This document shows, in pieces, positions 10,805-21,090 of a stretch of DNA of 64,000 bases. The translations under genes and the position numbers were made by a program. Position 1 is the stretch's first letter; each line of letters begins with the position of its first letter. The notes beneath the pieces were generated by a model that saw only the letters and a program-made list of their open reading frames with translations, made no database searches and was not told where the DNA came from. Source of the DNA: Mantamonas sphyraenae STR306 (lineage: Eukaryota; Protista; CRuMs); NCBI GenBank assembly GCA_026936335.1, contig JAPMXV010000049.1, forward strand, positions 124,001 through 188,000, given 5' to 3'.

Positions 10805-12538
10805 ACACCGCAAGGCAAACGAGCGCACGGCAGGCGACTTACACAGCACGTACATGTACATGACCGCGCAACACGCCCTGCACAGGAAATCCTGAGTTTG
10901 GGGTTCAGTTCGGGGTCGCGTTTCCTGTGCACAGGTGACAGCGACGGCCAGGCAAGCGTGTGGGATCTCAAGACAAAGGAAACCATCAAAACGTTCCGGG
11001 TGAGTTGCTTGGAGTGGGCAGAGAGGAGCAGCAGGAAGGGAAACAACGTGTGTGCGATGCTTTGGGTCCACCTGCACTGACACAATTCACGACAGTCGCA
11101 TCAAGAGGCTGTGAGCACCATCACGTTCAACCCGGACGACAGCCACTTGGCGACAGGCGACGTGGCTGGCAACGTGCAGTTGCACTCGCTGATGCACGGC
11201 AAAACAGTGGCAGCGCTTCGGTTGGATGACACACAGAGCATCCGTGCGCTGCAATACTCGCCGTTCCGCAAGTCTGTGCTTGCAAGCGCGTCCGACGATG
11301 GGGCAGTGACGCTGTGGGATGCAAACAAGGGCAAGGCACTGTATTCGTTCAGCGAGGCGCATGGGGCACCTGCGACGAGTGTGCGCTTCTCGCCGATCAA
11401 CAACCTGCTCATGTGCTCTGCTGGGCTGGACAAGAGGCTCGCGTTTTACGACAGCTCGGAGTACAAGGTGGTGAAAGATATCACGGTGGCGGCGCCGGTG
11501 ACGTGTCTTTCGTTCATGAATGACGGTGTGACAGTGGCTGTGGGCTCGTCCACGGGCTACGTGTACACGTACGACCTGCGCGGCGGCAACACCCCCACAT
11601 CGAGCGTGTATGCTCATCCAAAGAAAGCTGTTCGGGACCTTGTGTTTCAGCATCAGGCGCAAACGGTGTCGTGGCCCAGCAGCACCAGTGTATATCGAGG
11701 CTCACAGGAGGCTCAGTCCCAGGGGCAGCAAAATCGCGACAACAGCCTGATCAGCAGCGGCAAGGACAAGGTCATCATGGGATCGCCCAAAAAGGAAATG
11801 CAAGAGACGCCTCCAAAGGCACAGGGAGGCGGAGGACAAACGATGGGCGTGCCTCAAATCCAGGTGAACGCAGGGATGGGCTTGTTCTCGCCCGTGCGTG
11901 GCGCTGGCATGAACGCGGCCGATGTGAGCAGCAGCAGCTCGCTGGCTGCAGGCGGCGAGTCAGACGTGTCTCTGGCGTACAACCAGAGCGTGGACATGAG
12001 CAAAGCTAGTGCGCGTGTGGACTTGCCGATGGCGGCGCGGACCCATGGGTTGGACACAAGCAGTGCGGCAGCAGGAGGACTCGATACGCAGCAAGGAGAC
12101 ACAAAGGCAGCCGCAGACGATGGTCAAGTAGATACGGAGGAGGACGCGGATGAGGATGTGGACTTGAGCAGCCAGTCGCCTATCCAACGCAGTGGGTTTG
12201 TCGCAGACGAGCGACCGCGGGGCCTGGGCCGAGGCGCAGGGGGAACCACTCAGGTTCAGCGCAATGTAGCGAGGCACAGATCACAGGAGTCTGGAACAGG
12301 GAAGCAGGATAGCGCGGGCGGGCCCATGCTGACACAAGAGGCCATGGAGTTTCAGGGACAGCTGATTCGCAGCGTGATTGACGAGAGGCTGGGAGCTCTG
12401 CGGCAAGAGATGCACAGCGAGCTGCACAACATGCATGTGGACCTTTTGCGTCAGTTTCATCTGCAGCAGGTGGAGATGGGGCGTATGTTTGAGGAACTGC
12501 GAGACGAGTTGGTGAACGTAATGCAGCGCAGCACTTGA
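10515..12538 (+). CDS. NEDD1: NEDD1/GCP-WD gamma-TuRC targeting factor; introns 10785-10885, 11000-11095
   Basis: N-terminal WD40 repeats (LQYSPFRKSVLASASDDGAVTLWD, SAGLDKRL) plus C-terminal LIRSVIDERL..NMHVDLLRQFHLQ helix. Confidence 0.88.
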
Positions 12539-12649
12539 CCAGGGTAGGTGCGGAGTAGCGAGATGCAACAATGGGGATGCGAGGGGATTGGGAAGGGTGA
12601 GTGGATGTGCAACGAAAGGATGGTGCAGGAAAAGGCAAAAAAAAATCAA

Positions 12650-12731
12650 CGACGCCTGAGGGATTCGAACCCTCGCGGTCAAAGACCACCCAGTTAGCAG
12701 CCGAGCCCGTTAACCACTCCGGCAAAGCGTC
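12650..12731 (-). tRNA. tRNA-Ser(GCT), copy 1
   Basis: Acceptor GACGCTT/AGGCGTC, discriminator G, anticodon loop CT-GCT-AA, long variable arm, TTCGAAT loop, oligo-T terminator. Confidence 0.95.
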
Positions 12732-13161
12732 CAAACTTGATCGATACTCGTCATCAAACATGCTGATCATGGCCTTGCTTCCCTCCCCTCCGCATACACA
12801 GTTCCGACCACTCGCCACGCGCAACCCCGCCCCAATCCATCCAAACTCACTCCCATTCCCTCTCCGTACCCTTCCCACTCACTCTCTCCCCTTTGCCTCT
12901 CTGTCTCTCCGTCCTCTTCCCCCATCCTTCCTTGTTGCCCGCTCATCACGCACTCGTCACCGTCCTTCCACCCTCACCTCGGCTCTCCATCAAACACACT
13001 CGCTCCATCTCCCACCCTTCCTCTCTCTCTCTCTCACCACACACCACACACAAACAAATCAATGAATAGCAAACTCCTTTTTATGTGCATTCCACCTCAA
13101 AACCCGCCCTCGCCAGCTTTCCATCACCCATCCCTGTCTCCATCCCTCGCCTTCATCAACC

Positions 13162-14269
13162 TTACTCGTAGCTAAACTTGCCGCTCTGGTAGTCCATCAT
13201 CGCCTCGTAGATCTCCTCCTGCGTGTTCATCACAAACGGGCCATACTGCACAATCGGCTCGTTCAGAGGCACTCCTGCAATCAGCAGGAAGCGCAGCTCC
13301 TCGTCGTCCGTGCTTGTCACTGTCACCGAGTTGCCAGCTCCAAAGATGCCCATCTCTCCCTGTTCCAGGTCTGTTCCCTCCACCCGGCTCGACCCGTTCA
13401 GCACGTACATGAACCCATCGTGGTCGCTCGGCACCTCCACCGTCACACTCTCGCCACCTTTGACCCGTGCGTCCAGGTACATCATCGGCGTGTGTGCCTT
13501 CATGGGGCCCTCCACATCCAGAGCCGTCCCTGCAATCACCTTGATTGTCGCCGTTTCGGTCTTGGCCACAGGCACATCCTCTGCGTCCAGATCCTGCCAG
13601 TGTGCCTTGATCATCTTTTCATCCTTGGGCAGGTTGATCCACAGCTGGATGCCTGTGTTGTGTCCCTCCTCTTCCGGCATCTCGCTGTGCACAATGCCTC
13701 GTCCTGCAACCATGTACTGCAGTCCACCTGGCGTGATTGTGCCCTTGTTGCCACGGTTGTCCTCGTGCGTAAACGCTCCTTCCAGCATGTACGTCAGCGT
13801 GCAGAAGCCGCGATGCGGGTGGTCTGGGAACCCGCCCTTGCCCAACTGTCGTACGAACGAGTCAGTGTGTGTCCAACTGTGTGTGGCAGGGAACAGGTGG
13901 GGGGAAAGGAAGGCAGGCGGTCGTAGCACATGTGCGTGCCCGGGTCTCCCGTTGTCCCCGAAAGCACCCTGGCGGACAAAGTCGAAAAAAGGCTCCGGTT
14001 GCAAACAACCTCGTTGTTGTTGCGCCGTTGTGTCTCTGTCATCCACTCACCTCCACATCAAAGTGGTCCATCATCAGGAACGGATCCAGGTTGCGAAGAC
14101 GCCCGTTGCCGATCAGGCGCTTGACACGTGCTCCGACACCCTCGCTCTGCTCGATGGGCTTAATCTTCTTGCTGATGCCACGCGCCTCGCTCTTTTGCTT
14201 GATGCTCTCCACATCCATCTCCTCCTTCACCACGGTTTGGTCGTTCTTGGTTTCGCTTGCTTCGCTCAT
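13162..14269 (-). CDS. PIR: Pirin, copy 1; intron 13846-14050
   Basis: EGVGARVKRLIG..LDPFLMMDHF / GGFPDHPHRGF, AGRGIVHSE, QLWINLP, EPIVQYGPFVMNT. Confidence 0.93.
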
Positions 14270-14624
14270 GTGTGACTTGTCTGTCGCTTTGTTGTGTTGG
14301 TGGCTGTGGCGCTGGTCGGCCGCGGAACGTTTTGACGAGTGCGTGCCGGAGAAGCGCAACTCTGACAAAGTTGCGTTTTGCCGGCCATCATGGGCGGGAT
14401 TCTCGGAAATGACATCCACGGCGCATGCGGCGATGATGAAGGATAGCAGAAGGAGGCAGAGATGGAGATGGTGGGAGCTGTGGTGGGCCATGGGGTGTGC
14501 AACGGGACGGAAGGAAAGGGCGCACACGCTTGGTTCGGTTGGCCACAGCAGGGATGGAGAACACACATCGCTTGTTGTGACCACCCAATCTGCCTCAACG
14601 AGAACAACAAACACCCATCCTTCA

Positions 14625-16394
14625 TTACTGCACGAGACCGTCCACACCCTGAGTCTTCAGCACTTTGAGAGCTGCACCGACGTTTTCCTTCCACATGCCC
14701 AGCTTGCTGCCAATGAGCTCCCATGTCTCGCGCTTGAACTGCCTCTCGATGGCACCGGTGACCAGGAGCACACTGCGCATCTGGTCAAGCTTTCCCTGAA
14801 GCACTCCGGCTTGAATGGCCTCAATAACCCACTGCTCCACATCGTCGGCGTCGATGTCCAACGCCTGCTGCATGTCCTGGTACGAAACCTCCTTCTGCCC
14901 ACCGCAGAGACTGGCCAGCGTCAACAGACGCATCTTACGAGTGAGGCTGGCCTCCTCCAGGCCCAGTTGCTGCAACACGCCGCTGCGATCGTTTGCCCAT
15001 GCGCGGTACTCCGACAAGGTGCCACTAACAAACAGTTCCAGCAAGGCATACAGCTGCGGGTCGTTTTGCGCCACCTGCTGCATGGGCTTTGCCTGGAGTA
15101 GACGGCTGAAGGAAAACACAGTTGGCAACGCCACGGCCTGGAGCGCAGCACGGCGTGCGTGCTCGCCAAGGCTCTCCATGTCATCGTCGTCGGCACATCC
15201 ACACATGGCAGCCACCAGAAACTCGAAAGCCAGGCCGCTGTTGCTCTTCTCCAGGGCCTGCGAGGCCACCAGCCAGAACTGCGTGCGCTCCTTTGGCGTA
15301 ATCGAGCGGATGCCGTCCAACCACCTCGAGAATGTGTCTGCGTCCCCAAACGGTGACAACACATTGGCCACCGTGTTGGACTTTTGTGCGTAGTCCACCA
15401 GCGCAGTGAACGCCGTCAGCGACACACGAGGGCGCTGGCGCAAGGCGTTGAACAGGTTTGACAGGCTGTGTGTGGATCATGTGGATTGCGTGTGTGAGTC
15501 TCTTGCCTACTTTGGCGCTCATGACCGGTCGCGTGGCAAACGTAGCCGTCTCCCCTTTGCTCTGTGGCTCACAATGAGCTTTCCGGGAAACCACATGCAT
15601 CCACCCTTTGGGCGGCTCCTTGCTCCCCCGTGGCCACGTACACACCCAAAGGGAGATACAGGCTCCAACCTGGGTTGGGTTGCTTCGCTGGGGGGCTGTT
15701 TGCACAAGGTGGAGAAGTGGTGGGAAGCGGCGGCAGCGGCGGCAAGGGGAGGGACACACGCACATTTTGAGCTGCAGCAGCGCACGTTCGCGCTTGTTTG
15801 TGAACAGTTCCAGGTAGGAGTTGAGCAGGCTAAACTGCGTGTCCTTGTCCTTGATCGTCGACAGCAGGTAGATAAACATGTTGGCGAGTGTTTCCAGCTC
15901 TACAGAGGTCATTGGCAAACGGGATCGCGAGTGTTAGATTTACGCATTCGTGCACACAGCCGCTCTTGTGCGCATGCGGCATGCAAGCCTCCTAAACTCT
16001 CTCGCACAGGCAACCTACTGGACGGGTCCAGGTTGTCGTATGCATCCGCATACAGCGGGAACAGGCGCTCGACGCAGGCAGCAATCTGTGTGACACCGAA
16101 GCCGCTCGAGTCCCACAGCTCCTCAAGCTCAGTGACCAGAGGCAGATCCTCGATGTCAAAGGTCTCCTTCTGTGGAGCCTCGTCGATCTGTTTGGCGGCA
16201 TTTCCAGTGGCCCACGCGCTCTTTGGGGCGCTGGAGGTCTCTTCGGCCTTGGCACCGCCCAGTTGCTGCAGCTGGCTGCCAGAGCTGCCAGACGAGCTGC
16301 CCGACCCGGACGCAACATCATCCAGTGAGCCCAGCACCGCAGCCAGCTCAAAGATCACGTCCTCGGGTTCAGATTCCACAAAGTCGAACTGCAT
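14625..16394 (-). CDS. EIF3M: Translation initiation factor 3 subunit M (PCI domain); introns 15900-16018, 15466-15763; start could lie slightly upstream
   Basis: LKILSNLFN, LYALLELFVSGTLSEY, RKMRLLTLASL, VEQWVIEAIQAG, RQFKRETW..KLGMWKENV. Confidence 0.88.
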
Positions 16395-16814
16395 CGCCGT
16401 GTGTTTGGGGTGGCTGCCCCGTCGTCTTTCAGCGCCCGTCAACGCTGTTGGGAACCCGCACATGAACATCACTTCCATGGCCATTCACAATAGTGATTGT
16501 GGGTGGTCATAGGCGATGTGTGTTCTCCACCCCTACTGTGGCCAACCGAACCAAGCGTGTGCGCCCTTTCCTCCCGTCCCGTTGCACACCCCATGGCCCA
16601 CCACAGCTCCCACCATCTCCATCTCTGCCTCCTTCTGCTATCCTTCATCATCGCCGCATGCGCCGTGGATGTCATTTCCGAGAATCCCGCCCATGATGGC
16701 CGGCAAAACGCAACTTTGTCAGAGTTGCGCTTCTCCGGCACGCACTCGTCAAAACGTTCCGCGGCCGACCAGCGCCACAGCCACCAACACAACAAAGCGA
16801 CAGACAAGTCACAC

Positions 16815-17926
16815 ATGAGCGAAGCAAGCGAAACCAAGAACGACCAAACCGTGGTGAAGGAGGAGATGGATGTGGAGAGCATCAAGCAAAAGAGCGAGGC
16901 GCGTGGCATCAGCAAGAAGATTAAGCCCATCGAGCAGAGCGAGGGTGTCGGAGCACGTGTCAAGCGCCTGATCGGCAACGGGCGTCTTCGCAACCTGGAT
17001 CCGTTCCTGATGATGGACCACTTTGATGTGGAGGTGAGTGGATGACAGAGACACAACGGCGCAACAACAACAACGAGGTTGTTTGCAACCGGAGCCTTTT
17101 TTCGACTTTGTCCGCCAGGGTGCTTTCGGGGACAACGGGAGACCCGGGCACGTACATGTGCTACGACCGCCTCCCTTCCTTTCCCCCCCACCTGTTCCCT
17201 GCCACACACAGTTGGACACACACTGACTCGTTCGTACGACAGTTGGGCAAGGGCGGGTTCCCAGACCACCCGCATCGCGGCTTCTGCACGCTGACGTACA
17301 TGCTGGAAGGAGCGTTTACGCACGAGGACAACCGTGGCAACAAGGGCACAATCACGCCAGGTGGACTGCAGTACATGGTTGCAGGACGAGGCATTGTGCA
17401 CAGCGAGATGCCGGAAGAGGAGGGACACAACACAGGCATCCAGCTGTGGATCAACCTGCCCAAGGATGAAAAGATGATCAAGGCACACTGGCAGGATCTG
17501 GACGCAGAGGATGTGCCTGTGGCCAAGACCGAAACGGCGACAATCAAGGTGATTGCAGGGACGGCTCTGGATGTGGAGGGCCCCATGAAGGCACACACGC
17601 CGATGATGTACCTGGACGCACGGGTCAAAGGTGGCGAGAGTGTGACGGTGGAGGTGCCGAGCGACCACGATGGGTTCATGTACGTGCTGAACGGATCGAG
17701 CCGGGTGGAGGGAACAGACCTGGAACAGGGAGAGATGGGCATCTTTGGAGCTGGCAACTCGGTGACAGTGACAAGCACGGACGACGAGGAGCTGCGCTTT
17801 CTGCTGATTGCAGGAGTGCCTCTGAACGAGCCGATTGTGCAGTATGGCCCGTTTGTGATGAACACGCAGGAGGAGATCTACGAGGCGATGATGGACTACC
17901 AGAGCGGCAAGTTTAGCTACGAGTAA
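16815..17926 (+). CDS. PIR: Pirin, copy 2; intron 17034-17242; in-frame upstream ATG at 16593
   Basis: Same protein as copy 1; only synonymous CDS differences seen (GGG/GGA, TTC/TTT). Confidence 0.93.
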
Positions 17927-18382
17927 GGTTGATGAAGGCGAGGGGGCGAGGGATGGAGACAGGGATGGGTGATGGAAAGCTGGCGAGGGCGGGTTTTGAG
18001 GTGGAATGCACATAAATAGGAGTTTGCTATTCATTGATTTGTTTGTGTGTGGTGTGTGGTGTGTGGTGTGTGGTGAGAGAAAGAGAGAGAGAGGAAGGGT
18101 GGGAGATGGAGCGAGTGTGTTTGATGGAGAGCCGAGGTGAGGGTGGAAAGACGGTGACGGGTGCGTGATGAGCGGGCAACAAGGAAGGATGGGGGAAGAG
18201 GACGGAAAGACAGAGAGGCAAAGGGGTGAGAGTGAGTGGGAAGGGTACGGAGAGGGAATGGGAGTGAGTTTGGATGGATTGGGGCGGGGTTGCGCGTGGC
18301 GAGTGGTCGGAACTGTGTATGCTGAGGAGAGGGAAGCAAGGCCATGATCAGCATGTTTGATGACAAGTATCGATCAAGTTTG

Positions 18383-18464
18383 GACGCTTTGCCGGAGTGG
18401 TTAACGGGCTCGGCTGCTAACTGGGTGGTCTTTGACCGCGAGGGTTCGAATCCCTCAGGCGTCG
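18383..18464 (+). tRNA. tRNA-Ser(GCT), copy 2
   Basis: Identical 82-nt cloverleaf followed by a T9 Pol III terminator. Confidence 0.95.
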
Positions 18465-18590
18465 TTGATTTTTTTTTGCCTTTTCCTGCACCATCCTTTC
18501 GTTGCACATCCACTCACCCTTCCCAATCCCCTCGCATCAACCCTCCCATCATCTCCGCACTCATCTCCCCATTGCGCACCCCTGGCCAAC

Positions 18591-20544
18591 ATGACGCTGA
18601 TCTCTGACCTTTTTGCAACCGTCCTTGGTGGCCAGCGCTCGAAACCGCGGCCCCGCATCAGCGACGAAGACTACGAAAAGATCTTGCGCCTGATCTCAAG
18701 CCCAGATACAGCTGAAGTCATCTCGGGCCTGCAAGCGCTTGCCAAGCAGCTGCTCGTCAAGTGGGCCGAGTTGAACGACGCCCAGGTGATGGACCTCTCC
18801 CATCGCCTCATTCCCCTCACCTCCGTTGCCAAGCGCAAGCAGCTGGGCCTCAACACCGTTGTCAGCCGTGTCATCTCCCAGTGCATTGGACAAGTTCTGT
18901 ACAACAGCCGCGAGCACTGGCCTCTCCTGATGCCTGACAAGGACGACGACAAGCGCATGTCCAACCTCCTCGGCGTCACCATCGATCCCCGTGACGACGT
19001 CGTTTCGCTTGTCGACAACCTCATCCAGTATCTCCACGTCGTACGTCCGCACTGCGCGTTGTTTCCCTCTCGATGCCACGCTGCTCACCGCCTTTCCCCC
19101 TCCTGCAGGAAAACACGGACGACCAAGACCGATTCTACGCCTATCTCGTGCTGAGTGTTGTACAACACGAGTTCCACGACACCGAACTGGGCTCCATGGT
19201 CCACGACAAGTACGTTTCCGCACCTCTTGAGTGTTTCCGTTCACATCACATCGCAAACTCGCCTTGCTCACGCCCTCACGCGCCGTCCCCGCACCCAGAA
19301 TTGTCGCCGAATTCCACGACATTGTCGAGAACGAGGATAGAGAACCGCGCATCAACCGCTTGGCCAAGTACGTCGTCGGCCAGGTCAGCGAACAGCGTGG
19401 CCGCGCCACCCTCAACTACAAGATCAACGAGCACCTGTTGGCTGTGGTCAGCATTGCCATGGGTGTCATTACGTGTATCTACAACGGTGCCTATGCCTAT
19501 CTTCTGCTCTCCATAGCCTTTACAGCCCTCTACGTCTATTCCGTCGCTCGAAGGCGCCGCCGCGAGCACATCCGTGTCTCCATCCGCCTCTCCCCGTGGC
19601 ACAATATCGTCCAACCTGACAAGGAACGTCTCGCCGACGAGGCCTTCCGACGCGAGTACCAACGCCTCGTCAGGGAGCAACAATCGGACGACCCGCACCC
19701 AGCGCCAGCGACCAAGCCGCATCAGAATCAAGAGTCCCGCCAAACCAACAAGCAACCAACCTCCACAGGAGCAACTTCAACCCCACCTTTGTCATCCTCG
19801 TCATCCTCGCCCTCCCGTGGGGATGCGGACGACGACGCCGCATCGCAACCGTCCCCGCAGGCTGGTGCTGAAGCTCCGCTCAACCCCATGGCTCTGCTCA
19901 AGGATATCCATGCGTTTGAGCAAGAGGTTCAAACGCAGGCGCTGGGATACATGTCCCGCCTGGTCACTGCAGAGGACGAAGAGTACGCAGGCTTGCCCAT
20001 CGACAACGTCATCCTGGCCGACGGCCGTCTTTCTGTCGACTTTTCGCCCACATACTTGGCCAAACTGCGCGAGGAATACCGCAACGATGGCACAGAGCCC
20101 ACAGATGCCCAGTGGCTACTCATGAAGGAGCAGAGCGACTTTCAGCTCAACTTCCTCCAACCTGTCCAGTTCCAGGGCATCGATCTGGGCAAGCTTGCTC
20201 TCATCATGGCCGACCTGCGTGAACAGGGCGTCCTGGACGAGCTCGCTGGACCACGCTACGTCCCTGGTGGCCACACCGCAGAGCAGCTCTCCATTGGCCA
20301 GTACCTGCACCAACACGACGACGAGGAGGTCACACAGGACCACGTGCACGGGGCAGGAGTCGGTGGAGCATCATCTTCATCTTCATCCTCATCCTCATCA
20401 TCTTCCTCCTCACAGACTCCTTCCCAGTCGGGTCTGCGGCACAGAGCGCAGGCAAATGAGAGCCATTTTTCATCTCCCTCCAGCTCATCCATCCTCTTCC
20501 AACAGCTCCAGCTCATCGTCCAGCAGCTCCAAAGCATCGTCTAG
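18591..20544 (+). CDS. Unknown protein, helical N-terminus and two central TM segments; introns 19041-19108, 19210-19298
   Basis: GTACGT..CAG introns join three ORFs in frame; hydrophobic LLAVVSIAMGVITCIY / AYLLLSIAFTALYVY followed by RRRRR. Confidence 0.7.
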
Positions 20545-20927
20545 GTCGTCGTCGTCGTCATACTCGTCCCCCAAGTCCAACTGCAGCGGTGTGTGCGTTG
20601 TCAGCCTGTGCGCCTCCCACCGTCGCCGCTCGCCCCGACCAAACTCACCTCCTTGCTCAAAAAGTCTGAAAAGTCCTTTTCCGACAATCCCAACAGCTTT
20701 GCATCGTCATCAAACGGGTCTGCAAATGGATTGTCATCAGCTTCGTCTCCCTGCGCCTCTTCTTGTTGCAGCCGTTCCGTTTCCGACGACGCCACCCGCT
20801 GGTACGCCTGTGGCCTCTTGAGTTTATCTACAAGTGACCGCATCGCTCCTGCGCCTCCTCCAGAACCCCCGCTCGACGATGTGCTTGCCGCCCGTGACGG
20901 CATGCACTTGCTGCAAATGTCTCCCAT
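20485..20927 (-). CDS. Small acidic protein with N-terminal acylation motif (MGDICSKC) and NPF/DPF motifs; intron 20581-20648
   Basis: GTGAGT..CTGAC..CAG intron; exon 2 reads LDLGDEYDDDDDLDDALELLDDELELLEEDG*. Confidence 0.65.
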
Positions 20928-21090
20928 CCTTTGCCTCCACGTCCGCACGCAAACACACACGCACTACATCTTTCCTCTCCCATCCCCTTTGCTCTCTTCA
21001 GCCCTCCCTCTCCCTCTTCCGCATTCATCCTCCTGCATCCATCGCTTCTGTCGCGCCCAGCCCCGTCGAAGCCAACCAAACCCGCCGACT

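Larger units (their letters stand above)
12576..14590 (-). repeat. Left arm of ~2 kb inverted repeat (tRNA-Ser + pirin)
   Basis: Reverse complement of 16495-18538 apart from scattered substitutions and microsatellite indels. Confidence 0.95.
16495..18538 (+). repeat. Right arm of ~2 kb inverted repeat (pirin + tRNA-Ser)
   Basis: Reverse complement of 12576-14590. Confidence 0.95.

Noticed and set aside
12650-12731. Suppressor or recoding tRNA (CTAA in the loop, two G-U pairs in the anticodon stem)
   Set aside because: The 7-nt loop CT-GCT-AA centres on GCT; Ser identity elements are present; TAA, TAG and TGA all serve as stops in this window
12576-18538. DNA transposon or composite element with terminal inverted repeats
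   Set aside because: No transposase, no target-site duplication seen, and the arms consist of housekeeping genes
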